Positions 33,352-44,294 of a stretch of DNA of 64,000 nt are shown here, one piece after another. The translations under genes and the position numbers were made by a program. The stretch spans positions 2,108,001 to 2,172,000 of the forward strand of contig SMSO01000004.1 in assembly GCA_004764695.1 (NCBI GenBank). The letters run 5' to 3'. The number at the start of each line of letters is the position of its first letter. The first letter of the stretch is position 1. The notes below the pieces were generated by a model. That model made no database searches. It had not been told where the DNA came from and saw only the letters and a program-made list of their open reading frames with translations. Source of the stretch: Schizochytrium sp. TIO01. Lineage: Eukaryota > Protista > Bigyra: Labyrinthulomycetes.

Positions 33352-33654
33352 ACTGTTTATTGCTGATTATTGTTTATGGGTTATTAGTTTCTCCCTCTCA
33401 CGTGTTTCCTTCTTAGCAGTCGCGTTTATAATTTTGAAGAAGAAAAGAAAGTCTGTCTGAGGGAAGAAGATAAAAGGAATAAAAATTTCTAAACTATCAA
33501 TCAATCGATCAATCAGTCAATCGATTGATTCCTTCTCCCTTTGTTTCGTCGCGTTCTTTTGCTGTTCACTCTGGTAGCGGCCGCTTACCAAGATCTGTAG
33601 GACTCGCGCTCTTTCAACTAGCGAGCCCCCAGCGGCAGCCTGAGCGAAGGCTCG

Positions 33655-33744
33655 CGCCGCTCTTAAGCCTCGAGGCCGCCTGATCATAGGGCTCAGAGGC
33701 ACAGCAGACGCGGCTTCTGCTCAGGCCTGGGCTTAAGAGCGGCG
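33655..33744. repeat. Perfect 15-bp inverted repeat CGCCGCTCTTAAGCC / GGCTTAAGAGCGGCG
   Basis: Arms at 33655-33669 and 33730-33744 are exact reverse complements. Confidence 0.9.
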
Positions 33745-33826
33745 GCAGCAGCGAAGGCGCTGGTCTCTTGGAGCGGTTTTCTGGTTGAAATAAATAAATA
33801 AATAAATGCATCACAATCAATTAATG

Positions 33827-33909
<83 letters not shown>

Positions 33910-33910
33910 T
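33827..33910. repeat. (CTTT)21 microsatellite
   Basis: Direct read. Confidence 0.97.
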
Positions 33911-33944
33911 AAAAAAAGAAAAGAAAGAGAAGGCTTCCGCTCCG

Positions 33945-34014
33945 ATTCTCTTTAATTCTCTTTAATTCTCTTTGATTCGCTTTAATTCGCTTTAATTCGC
34001 TTTAATTCGCTTAA
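33945..34014. repeat. 10-bp tandem repeat ATTC(T/G)CTTTA, about 7 copies
   Basis: Direct read. Confidence 0.9.
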
Positions 34015-34685
34015 ATTTCTTTGTTTGTTGATTGTTTGAACAGCTGTGTGTAGAAGTATATAGGCGTCGGGTAGAGAGAGAAAGAAGTTTAAAGTGCTGT
34101 TTCCGCAAGGCTGATTTTTTCCAGCCTCTGCTTACTCCCTATGAGATATCATTTTCTCTCCTTCCTTTTTTCGTTTGCTTGTTTGATGGTTGGTTGTTTT
34201 GCTCGTAAGGATGGGCGCTGATGTGCTTGTAGAGAGAGGGAGAGAGAGAGGGAGAGGGAGAGAGAGCGTCTTCGATGTGGTTATTTTCCCTTGGTGGCTT
34301 GAATTTTCCCCCCGCATTCTTGCCTTTGTTTGTCTTGTAACTAATAATGTGTCTGTTTTCTTTCTTTCTTTGATTGAAAAAGCTTTCTCCGTATTGTTTC
34401 CCTTTTTGTTTCTTTACTGATTTTGTTTCTTTTTCTTTCTTTCTTTCTCGTTGTTTCTTTTGGTTCGTGCCTAAGAGGGTCGTAGGCTGTTTTGAATTTG
34501 AATAAGCAAATAATGAATTGATTGCTCGTTCATTCACTCATCATCATTCACTCATTCCTCGGTCGCTCGCCGCGTACTCGAGGCAGTCTAGGTGCAGAGC
34601 TTAGCGTGAAGGACTTTGACAGTCAAAGCGGCAACGCGCGGAAGCGAAGAAGCAGAGTCGTCGAGAAGAACACCGATCGAGCAAG

Positions 34686-36033
34686 ATGCCCGGAGGAAGG
34701 CCACGCAAGGCGCGCTCCGGCCCCAAGAAGCCGCTTAGCGCTTACACGCTCTTCGTTGTGGAGGTCCGCAACTCCGTGAGCAAATCGAACCCCGAGTTGG
34801 GATTCCAGGAGGTCGCCCAGCGCGTCGGCCGCATGTGGCGCGAGCTCCCGGATGAGCACCGCCAAAAGTACCAGCAGCTCGCCAACCAGGACAAGACCCG
34901 CTACGTAAGTTCCCTTTCCGATTGAATCCAAGACTCAGGATTTATAGCCCATCACTCATAAGGGTTGTGTACAGACGCCTAGGCACCCAGTAGGATGATC
35001 AAGGTTTTTTCCCTCGGGGGCGCAAGGCGTGAAAACCTTCGAAGCAAGCTTGCGAACGGTGCTGGCTATGCCCACAGGACCTTGGTGGACTCTGGTGCAC
35101 CAGGTTTTGAAGAATGTGAAGGTCTGAGTGATCTATGGACAAAAATATGACTAACAATGTGAAAATGGATGACACACTATACATATGGTTTCGAACAATG
35201 GCGATGGCTATGATGACGGTGATGATGTGTGAAATGCTGCAAACGTTTGTGTTACACAGGAAGCCGAGAAGGAGGAGTGGAAGATCCGCTCTATGTCAGA
35301 CCCTCCTGAAGAGGAGCGCCAGAGAAGAAAGAAACGGAAGGGCGCCCCCAAGAACCCTCTCTCAGCATATACTTATTTCATTATGGATGTGCGCAAGGAT
35401 GTGGCAGCCAAAAACCCCAAGATGAGCTTCCGCGAGGTCGCCATCGCCGTCGGCAAGATGTGGCACGCTCTTCGCGAGGAGCAGCGCAAGATTTACAACC
35501 AGAAGGCCGAACAAGACAAGGCCCGTTACGAAAACGAAATGATGAACTGGACCCACATGCTCAACGCCGAGGCAGCCGAGGCCGCCATGGAGAACAAGTC
35601 CAAGAAACGCAAGAAGAACGGCCCCAAGAACCCGCTCTCTGCATACACTTACTTCGTGATCGAAAAACGCCCAATAGTCTCTTCCAGCAACCCCAAGCTC
35701 TCTTTTGGAGAGGTAGCCACCCATGTTGGCCAGATGTGGCGTGCTCTTGAATCCGAGGGACGCGCCAAGTACGAGCAGCTTGCCCGCGAGGACAAGGAGC
35801 GCTACGACCGCGAAAAGGAAATGATGCAGAACAGACTTTCCTACAACATCACCACCAACGGAGCGTACGAGGAGGACATTCACGCCGATGGCCACCACGG
35901 CGCCCAGCACGACGCTCAGGATGATGACCGCATCAACATGGTACACAGACACCCCGACCACACCGATGTCCATCACAACAACCCCGGACACCAGCCGATG
36001 ATGGCGGAGAACTACTGGCGTATGAATGAGTAA
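34686..36033 (+). CDS. Triple HMG-box protein, 2 exons (34686-34904, 35260-36033), about 330 aa
   Basis: Three PK(K/N)PLSAYT.F...VG.MW..L...Y...A..DK.RY units. A phase-0 intron GTAAGT(34905)..ACAG(35259) joins the two ORFs in frame (DKTRY|EAEKEEW). Confidence 0.93.
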
Positions 36034-36851
36034 GTGTACCCACTCTCATGATTGACATCATTCCAACGCATCCAAGCAATCGTTTCTGCACACACATTTC
36101 GTGGCTTACCTGTCATAAAGTCAGTCTGATCCGCGTCTTTCTATCCTGCCATCCTGCCTGCCTGCCTGCTTTTCCTTGGCTGTTTATCATCAAAGCGCTG
36201 CTTCACGCTCACTTCATCTTCCCTTTCCCTATCACGCCTCCATCTCATATCTTTGTCTATTCGGCTAATTTCTTCATGTCTTCTTCGCATAGTAGAGGAG
36301 CATTATTGGCTCTGTCGAAGTTCTATGCCGCAATTCAAGCATGATACATGCATGTTTGATTGCCTAAAGCCCACACTCATAAAATGTTAGGCGCACTCAG
36401 CAATTTTTTTTTACATACATACTTTCTATATACTTCCCTCAGGCTTTTGCTCCTCAATTTTGCTACGTTTCTTGTGGTTGCACTGATTTTTGATTTGAAC
36501 CTTTTGCTTGCTTAAAGAAAGCAGCCAGCTTGTCTCCAGTCTTGTTTGTATACCGTCTAAATAACTTTTCCATTGAAATTCCGAGATACATAAGCACCCA
36601 AGCAAGATGTGTCTCGCTTCCCTCCTTGCCCGTCCCTCTCTCCCCAACTCGCGTCCTTGAATCTCTGCTCTCTTTTCTCCTCGTGCCCAGGTTGCATCCG
36701 TACAACCTTTTACAATAAATTTTCAAGATCGTGAAAAAGTCTAAGAATTCCGTGGAACCCAAAAAACGAACCGCTGACGACCTGTGAGATCCTGGATAGG
36801 GACCTCTTAGGTTCGCTACGTTCTCCCGTTCTCTCGCTCCCCGAGGCTAGG

Positions 36852-37030
36852 AGCGCTACCACTGCTACGATGTCGCACCCAACTATCCAAAGCACTACCA
36901 CTCCTACGATGTCTTGCCAGACTATTGAAAGCGCTACCACTCCTATGGAGTCTGGTCCAGTCTAATGAATGCGCTACCACTCCTATGACGTGCACCAGCC
37001 TAGTAACCCCAGTACTAGAGCTCCTACGAG
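36852..37030. repeat. Degenerate 39-40 bp tandem repeat, 4 copies plus a partial fifth (core AGCGCTACCACTCCTAYGA)
   Basis: Units start at 36852, 36891, 36930, 36970 and about 37011. Confidence 0.85.
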
Positions 37031-37809
37031 ACGAGCACTAGCGAGGAGGACATCAAAGGTCAACTGGCCAAAGTCAAGGTCTATCCGCCAGAGTTAATTG
37101 CGTGAGATTCAATTTTTGCAAATTTTGAGGCAACAGGTGAAAATTCCATGAAGCAATGTGCCAAACAAGTTGCCCATAGCATCCAAAACTAAGAGTGATA
37201 TTTAGCAACGGGCGTGTGCCAAACGAAAAGCCCAGCCTTCGTCATACCTCGCATGTCCCAGAATGACATGTTTTGGCAGGACATATATACTCCACATGAA
37301 CAATCTACGCGGCACTTTACGAATCAGCATCTCTCCAGAATTTCCTTATATCGCCCACGGGTTTTTGGCACTAAATTTTGACCGCCAGCAGAAATGTCGT
37401 GAATATTATACACAACTCTATGCGTTCACGATATTCTCAGAAGCCTCTTTGGAAACCTGCTTGCCTCAATTGTGCCTAAAAGGTCTTCATGCGAGCGACG
37501 TTCACAGTGCCAAAGCTTGGAACATCTGTTTTTCTAAGACCCCAATTTACAATAGCTTAGTAGCTGCCTAGTAGTATACTAGTCTATGATTAACTCCCAA
37601 CCGCATTTATCTTAGTAATATAGCTATCTTCGCAGACTCAAACAATCGTCGACAGCACAACGCTGCCGCCAGTTTCCTTTACTCTGGACAGCCAGCAAAG
37701 TTGGCGGGCCCTGTTGCGGCTCACCTGCGAGCAATCACTCTTCACGTTTCTCGAACGGCTCGATCAGCTAGAATAGACTAATCGGCGTGGCGAGAGAAGT
37801 GACGCCACC

Positions 37810-39612
37810 ATGCACTTCACAGAGGTGGCGGAGCTTGAGGACAAAGTCAGCTTGCTACGGTCGGAGCGCATGCTGACGGTGGCTGCTGCCGAGCTTTCAA
37901 ACCCGAGTGGGTCCTTGGGTACTCTTGATGGCTCAGAAAGCCTGGGCAGGAGCTCCGGAAAGGCTATGCTCAACCGAAAACATTCCTCCAGGTATCCGTC
38001 AAGCAACAGCGCTCTTGGGGACCAACACGGTGGAGGGCTCTTTGGGTCAGACCCGGTCGTGGCCAGGCTATTCGCATCCTCGCCGCCTGAAAGGACGTTT
38101 ACTCTCGAAGAAGATGACGATCTTCGGGAAGATAATGACCAGGTGGTCTCCTTCCCAACTAAAAACTCTGAATCCAGAAGAAAGGTTTTGATGCGAGGTG
38201 CTGCGAGTGGGGTGGATACTAATGACCATGGCCTTACAACCAAAATAAACTTTGAAGTGGCGCACGTGAATGAAGATGATGATGATGAAACACTTGAATT
38301 GGATAACATACCGAGCGGCATTTCGTTTGCTCTGGGAGGTGATCAAGATCCATATGGCGATGCGATGAGGGGTAGGAAACGAGGTGGTGTCAATGCAGGA
38401 AGCGGGTCCACGGTGGGTAGGAAAATTATGATCTACCTGCCGGACCGAACGCCCATGGATGTGACGGTGCCGACAAACTCAAAGGTTTCGGATGTTATTC
38501 AGATGCTACTAGATAGAGATCGAAGAGCTGGAGGTGGAAGAAATCTTAAATTGTACCCTGACGCTTCGAAGTATGAACTCCGCATCCACGAGGAAGATGG
38601 TTTACCCGACTTAGATTTTCCAGCATGTGATGGTGATATGGATATTGAAAACTTGTGCGACGGACTTGAACCTGAATTCTGTATCTGCGCAAAAGCTGGA
38701 GAGGATGTTGATCTGGGCAACCTGCCTGCGGAAGCTGAAGATGAATTTGACGTAGAGGGAGCGCATGGAACTTCCTTTGAGAGACTCAATCAGGTGCTCA
38801 AGGAGCAGAGTGCCACACTGGTGAAGATATCTCTTCCTGAGAATGGCTTTCAAACATCTATCAAGTGCACCCCGGGCATGACAGCAGTCGACCTTCTACG
38901 CATCATACAAACCAAACAGCGTCTACCTTTATTCACTGAAGAGTACCTCTTTACCGTTTCTGAGGAGGAGCGACAAGAGCTTGGGCTCATGTCACGCAAG
39001 ATCGAAATGAAAACTGATATATATGCTGCAAATATTCGTCACCTTGAATTGTCACGGCGAAAATATGCAGACGCGCCTTCTCAACAAGATACCTCAACGG
39101 ACCGCATGGAGCCCGACTACAGACATCGTGACCGTGGCAGTTCGGCTGCTATTCATGAGGACGGTGTAGAGCCTGTGAACATTAAGCGCACCACACAACC
39201 TAATCGTTTCAACCCGGACAATGTCCTATTCAATGATCAGATGGCTGCTCTCTATGAAGAATGGGACGTGATTAAAACTAACAAATGGGGGAAGCGTCAA
39301 CGCCGTGTCTTGGGTGTTGATCACCAAAAGGTGTACAACAAAAAGCAGGAGAAGGATCTCGGCAAGAACATGCTCTCCAAAGACACTGTGAAGCGAGCTG
39401 AGCGGGACATTGCCGAAATTAGAAGTTTCCAGGTATGCGCAGATGATCCGAACTGTATTGAGATCAGGTGGAAGGTCCCTAAAGACTCAAACTCTAATTC
39501 TACCAATACCTCTAAAGATGACCTCTCACTCAAATACGAAATTGCCAAAGGGCCTGAAGCCGCAGCTTATATCGTTGCAAAACTTCAGTATTTGAGTAAA
39601 AACCGGAGATAG
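37810..39612 (+). CDS. SIN1: TORC2 subunit SIN1/Avo1/MAPKAP1-like
   Basis: CRIM domain YELRIHEEDGLPDLDFPACD, an RBD-like middle region, and a C-terminal PH (QRRVLGVD..KVYN; A..IVAKL.YL). Confidence 0.85.
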   Translation: MHFTEVAELEDKVSLLRSERMLTVAAAELSNPSGSLGTLDGSESLGRSSGKAMLNRKHSSRYPSSNSALGDQHGGGLFGSDPVVARLFASSPPERTFTLEEDDDLREDNDQVVSFPTKNSESRRKVLMRGAASGVDTNDHGLTTKINFEVAHVNEDDDDETLELDNIPSGISFALGGDQDPYGDAMRGRKRGGVNAGSGSTVGRKIMIYLPDRTPMDVTVPTNSKVSDVIQMLLDRDRRAGGGRNLKLYPDASKYELRIHEEDGLPDLDFPACDGDMDIENLCDGLEPEFCICAKAGEDVDLGNLPAEAEDEFDVEGAHGTSFERLNQVLKEQSATLVKISLPENGFQTSIKCTPGMTAVDLLRIIQTKQRLPLFTEEYLFTVSEEERQELGLMSRKIEMKTDIYAANIRHLELSRRKYADAPSQQDTSTDRMEPDYRHRDRGSSAAIHEDGVEPVNIKRTTQPNRFNPDNVLFNDQMAALYEEWDVIKTNKWGKRQRRVLGVDHQKVYNKKQEKDLGKNMLSKDTVKRAERDIAEIRSFQVCADDPNCIEIRWKVPKDSNSNSTNTSKDDLSLKYEIAKGPEAAAYIVAKLQYLSKNRR

Positions 39613-40190
39613 AGGAATATTGCATGCGCCTGTCATACCAAGTTTGAAAGAGAGCTGCATGTTTTGCCTTCTCTTTGATGTATTCTTTGTTACATATAAT
39701 ATAGGCTCTGTGTGTTTTGGAAAATACAACATCTTTTTGCCACTCTGCATATTCCCTCTTATTTCTTCGTTGATCATTGACCCTTTTATTGCGATTGCGT
39801 ACTTTCGTTCAGGAGGCCGATCGCATACTTACAATGACAAACATTCGATATCTCTACATATTTTTTACCTTTAGTCTTCTTCAGTCATCAGATCGTTTTT
39901 AATGTCAAATGCGACCTTGGTGTGGTACATTTTGATTAAACAAAAAATAAGAAGTCTCTATTGCTCAGGGTATTTTATGAGCATGTAGGTATGCTCAGAG
40001 AATATTAGATGTGAAATGATTTTTTTTAAGTCAAATATTTTTAAAATTCAATTTACACCATAGTCACAGTATATAAAAAACAAGTTTTAATTTAAAAAAA
40101 ATACAGATCCATCTGGAATAAAAAGATCAACCAGGATCAACAACTCAAGTGTAAATCTTAACATCAAAATAGCAAATATCGATCATGGCC

Positions 40191-43100
40191 TCAAAATGCA
40201 GGGGAGCTACTGGGGCGATCGACTTTGCCTAGATCCACGGGGTCTGTGCGATAGAACTCCAGTATCTTGGCAATGTCATCCGTAAAATCTGTGAGGTCAT
40301 GTTGCAAATTAAGTGATACTAAGGATCGTGCTTGACCCTCCGGGGTTGATGCTCGCAAGAACAAATCATTCTCAGTAGATAACATATGGAACATGGTGAA
40401 CAGTGACCCGTCGAATGTGTTTAAGGATGCGTAGCGAATGAGAGCTTTGAGTATGTACCGTGCCAGCTCCTCCAGACGCTGATCTGTAACCGCGCTGAGA
40501 GACCATTCAAGAATGTCACTAGCATAATTATGCAATAGCTCTAACCCACCTTGGGCACAGAGCTTTTGGGCATGGGCGCAAAATCGCAGGTTTTCTTCCC
40601 CTTGAAATATAAAGCCAATTTTCCCAGTGTTCTCCCAGGACGTTGCTTGCACAGTCGGCAGCACAGAAATTCCCATAACACGATCCATTGCCCCCTTAAC
40701 ACAGAGCAATTTAGTTTGGATCCCACTTGTTAGAATATGCAATCCATCAGGGTCATCTGGGTCAGAGTATTGTTGAAACAATGGATTGCCAACAGCAATT
40801 CCTTGTTCAAGCACTTGGACCATTGCCATGTGAATGAGACCAGATTCTTCGACTCTTACCATACGACGCCATGGCCAATTATTTATGCGAGAGCGATTTG
40901 AGAAAACGCGACCAGTTAGCAAAAATTGAAAATCAACAGGAGCGACAAATTCAATATCGTTAAACTCCAGATGATATCGTCCCTGCCCAGCAGAAGCTTC
41001 AATAGTAAAGTGCAACTCCTCCAGGAGTTTCCTTCGGATATATTCTAAGAATTTACGACGTTTTGCGTAATGTTCCTTAATTTGCTCTTCTTTAAGACGC
41101 TGCTTTTCACCAAAAGGCATTTCCTCGACCTGGATTTCTCCTAGATGTTGTTCGGAGGTAGACATAGCTTCTACTGCTGTGTCTTCCATAATGGTCTCGC
41201 TAGAAATTAGGCAATCTTCCTCATCATCTTCGTCTGCTCCATCTGTTGAGGTTTTTTCTCGACGGAAATGTTTTTGTAAAGACTTGACATGCAAAGACTT
41301 TGCCTGGAAAGTGTATTCGTCATCTTCATTTTCATTGCTATCCGTCATTGTATCCTCATCAAAGTCGTCGATATCATCATCAAAGTCGTCAACATCTTCG
41401 CCATCACGAGCGCGGCGCGCATTAGAGGAAGCTGAGCGGGTCGAGGACTTCATTTGAAACACCATAGCATTTCCACCTCGAGTAGCAGCTGCAGCATGAA
41501 GCATTTTATCTCGAGCAACCTTTTGCAAATGGCCTATGCCTACAGCAGCATCCCAGCGAACCATTTCAATTCGAGTAATCACTCGTTTTCGCGCGAGCCG
41601 GAGGATTCGATCAACCAAATCAGTAAAAACAATCCTTCGTACACTGACGGCTCCCTCCGCGCCTTGCTTTTTTGATCGTAGAGACCTAGTCGACACGCCC
41701 ATACCTGCAGCACTTAACTCATCGGGTCTGAACCGAAATGAAGCCGACTGAACCATTTTTCGAAGTGTCTTGTCGAGTGCACCCTGCCACAAAGCTAAAA
41801 TTCGAGGTACGTGTGGAGTAACCTTTGTTTCAGGTCCGAAATATGTAAGAACGTATTGAATTAAATCAGTAATCTTGCGTAAAGGCGCTGCCATAGAAAG
41901 AATATCCCCATTCAAAACTCGCATACCAATTCTTCCTGCAGCATCTACAGTTGATTGAAGGTCTTGCTGCACCGAATAAATTGCCTTCATGCCAAGTTCT
42001 GCGATAGAGTCATCAGGAAACAATGCACTGTGGGTGAGAGAAAGCGCATGCTGAGTACGGATGAAAAGGTCAATCTGATTTGCATCAAGGCCAAGCGCCC
42101 GTTCAACTCGGGCTTCCAGAGGTTCATCCTTGTAAGCATGGCGTGGTGGTCCAGTCTGAGCTCCTGTAGCTGCTATTACAGCTGCTGTAGCAACACGTGT
42201 GGCCCCACGCAGTGCGGATCGCGTCATACCAGACATAAACCCTCGTCGGGGTGGGGGTGATTCGGGCTTTGTTTCCGAGCTTTCCATGACAAAGTCAAGT
42301 GTTTCTAGATCAAGCTCTGCATTTACATCCATACGTCCATGGTATCGAAACTGATCTTGTGAGTTTGCATGGCGCATGGACAATGGTGTCTGTTGATGCA
42401 TGAAATGCATATACTCGCCGAACTCGGGAGGAAGCGCTGCTTTGACTGATTGTTTCACTGCGCTGGTGATAAGGTTTTTGACAATCGTTCGCAAAAGTGC
42501 ATCTGGAACATTAAGAGAGCTGCCTTTAAAGTTAAGACCAAAGCGTTTGAATTTTAGCGAGAAACTGTTCTGTTTTAATCGCCAGGTTCCACGAATTCCT
42601 TTTTTCTTTGAGGCAATATACTCCATTTCGATATTGAGGAAGAACTCAAGGTCTAAAGTCAGTTCGTCTAGCATCACTGACATGGGTAAGGCATTGCCAC
42701 TAACAGAAAGTTGGTCAATACGAGCCAGCAAGCACACGCCATTTTCACTTTCCTTTTGCCTATGTTTGGCTGCAGATTTTCCCGATCCCATAGTATCAAA
42801 ATCGTATTCTGTGTTGTATCCGCCAAGAGCAAGTATCACCGTAGGCAATAGATGTGCTCCTGCCTTGGATGACATTGGAAGCATTGCAAGACGAATGGCA
42901 ATACTTGATTGAAATTGTTCGAGCCAAACACCACCTAATGCCACATAAGTACCTTCGAGACCTACACGTAGGAACCAATGACGCCATCGTGGGAAAAAAA
43001 GTTCTCGGCGCACAGCTTCCAGAGACTGTGTAGCAACCTTGACTTGCTGCTGAAGCTTATCGAGGCTTTCAAGCGATTTTTCTAGTTTGCCTTCAGGTCT

Positions 43101-44294
43101 ACATGGACCATCTATCCGTTCTTTAGCGATTTCTGGTTGCGCCTCTTGGGGCAAAATACTCTCGAGCTCGTCCAGTAGTTCGTTCTCCCGGCAACGATGT
43201 AGGGAATACAACTCAAGCAGCTCGTTGACTGTGTTTTCAATGTCAGACTTGCTTCTTTGTTGTTTTTGGTACTTTGTCATGAGCTTTTTGGCGAAAGTCT
43301 TGTAATGCATTGTTCGGGATCGAGCATTTTTGTCTACTTTAACAGACATCTTGTCACGTGCTGTCTTCAATTTTTTCTTATGTTCTGTAAGGTCAACTCG
43401 AAGGGCCTTTAGCCTAGGCTGCTCTTCGCGCTCCCAGCGTTCAGCCTCGTTCATTGCCACTGTACGGGATTGCGTATGTAATTTACGAAGTTCCCGGCTC
43501 ATATCATGAAGGGATGCCGGGATTGGGATTGGTCCGGCGCCGGCTGTTTCAGGTGAAGATGGTTTGCTAGATTTTGCAGACTTTCTACCTACACTGGAAG
43601 AGAAGCCAGCGGCGCTGGTGACTGCTGCACCAAGTCTTTTAGAAAGGCTTTGCCTCCAGCTCGAGCTTGTGCGGCGAGAAGATGATCTTCTGGGATTCTC
43701 GCCTAGTTCATGCAAGACGTCAGAGTCTTGTCCTACAAATTCGTATAAATGGCCTTCTCCTTCCTCTGTTTGGCTATCATAAGAGAGTTCCTCTTCATCA
43801 AGTAAGCCTGTATCAGGCGCAGCTTCGCAGTACTTAATGTTGATATTGGTTCGACAACCTGGGTGACATATAATACCACATTCATTGCATTGGTAGCCTT
43901 GGTTGAAGAGACCTTGAAGGGTTGTGCCGCAAGCGTAGCAATGTTTTGTCAAAGGAGGGTAGCTTCGTAGCTCGAACTTGTGCGTCACGCGAGCACACGA
44001 GCTTTGGATCTTATCGACGCATGTGTCATGGACATTGACACCGCAAATCCGACATGTGCAGCCAGTGCCTTTGGGAACAAACGATTCAATAACTTGGCGT
44101 CCAATCGCGCTTTTGATGGAGGATGGTGTATAGTCCAGCACGCTAGTGATCACGTCGTTTTCAATCATTTCATCACATACGAAGCATTTTGTGAGCGTCG
44201 AGAATCTTTGCGGGATAAAGTGATGGGCGATCTGTTTTGTATGCGAGCCTGCATCCCGGATGCGTTCTCTCATTGGATTAAAATTACCCTCCAT
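40191..44294 (-). CDS. Large protein with two N-terminal C1 (DAG/phorbol-type zinc finger) domains and a coiled coil
   Basis: H-x-CxxC..CxxC-x4-HxxC..C occurs twice (HHF..CFVC..CRIC..HDTC; HKF..CYAC..QGYQCNEC..HPGC). 1367-aa ORF. Confidence 0.85.
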   Translation of the reverse strand: MEGNFNPMRERIRDAGSHTKQIAHHFIPQRFSTLTKCFVCDEMIENDVITSVLDYTPSSIKSAIGRQVIESFVPKGTGCTCRICGVNVHDTCVDKIQSSCARVTHKFELRSYPPLTKHCYACGTTLQGLFNQGYQCNECGIICHPGCRTNINIKYCEAAPDTGLLDEEELSYDSQTEEGEGHLYEFVGQDSDVLHELGENPRRSSSRRTSSSWRQSLSKRLGAAVTSAAGFSSSVGRKSAKSSKPSSPETAGAGPIPIPASLHDMSRELRKLHTQSRTVAMNEAERWEREEQPRLKALRVDLTEHKKKLKTARDKMSVKVDKNARSRTMHYKTFAKKLMTKYQKQQRSKSDIENTVNELLELYSLHRCRENELLDELESILPQEAQPEIAKERIDGPCRPEGKLEKSLESLDKLQQQVKVATQSLEAVRRELFFPRWRHWFLRVGLEGTYVALGGVWLEQFQSSIAIRLAMLPMSSKAGAHLLPTVILALGGYNTEYDFDTMGSGKSAAKHRQKESENGVCLLARIDQLSVSGNALPMSVMLDELTLDLEFFLNIEMEYIASKKKGIRGTWRLKQNSFSLKFKRFGLNFKGSSLNVPDALLRTIVKNLITSAVKQSVKAALPPEFGEYMHFMHQQTPLSMRHANSQDQFRYHGRMDVNAELDLETLDFVMESSETKPESPPPRRGFMSGMTRSALRGATRVATAAVIAATGAQTGPPRHAYKDEPLEARVERALGLDANQIDLFIRTQHALSLTHSALFPDDSIAELGMKAIYSVQQDLQSTVDAAGRIGMRVLNGDILSMAAPLRKITDLIQYVLTYFGPETKVTPHVPRILALWQGALDKTLRKMVQSASFRFRPDELSAAGMGVSTRSLRSKKQGAEGAVSVRRIVFTDLVDRILRLARKRVITRIEMVRWDAAVGIGHLQKVARDKMLHAAAATRGGNAMVFQMKSSTRSASSNARRARDGEDVDDFDDDIDDFDEDTMTDSNENEDDEYTFQAKSLHVKSLQKHFRREKTSTDGADEDDEEDCLISSETIMEDTAVEAMSTSEQHLGEIQVEEMPFGEKQRLKEEQIKEHYAKRRKFLEYIRRKLLEELHFTIEASAGQGRYHLEFNDIEFVAPVDFQFLLTGRVFSNRSRINNWPWRRMVRVEESGLIHMAMVQVLEQGIAVGNPLFQQYSDPDDPDGLHILTSGIQTKLLCVKGAMDRVMGISVLPTVQATSWENTGKIGFIFQGEENLRFCAHAQKLCAQGGLELLHNYASDILEWSLSAVTDQRLEELARYILKALIRYASLNTFDGSLFTMFHMLSTENDLFLRASTPEGQARSLVSLNLQHDLTDFTDDIAKILEFYRTDPVDLGKVDRPSSSPAF

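Noticed and set aside
29418-34540. Many 60-140 aa ORFs in the gene-free interval
   Set aside because: Low-complexity or microsatellite-derived translations with no domain signatures.
35362-35991. Long antisense or alternate-frame ORFs over real genes (also 23977-24732, 47985-48596, 61423-62046, 15666-16142)
   Set aside because: Expected shadows of GC-rich codon usage, with no independent motifs.
36852-37030. CRISPR array
   Set aside because: The variable halves resemble each other (CCA(G/A)..CTA), the repeats are degenerate and non-palindromic, there are no cas genes, and the context is eukaryotic. A decayed tandem repeat fits better.
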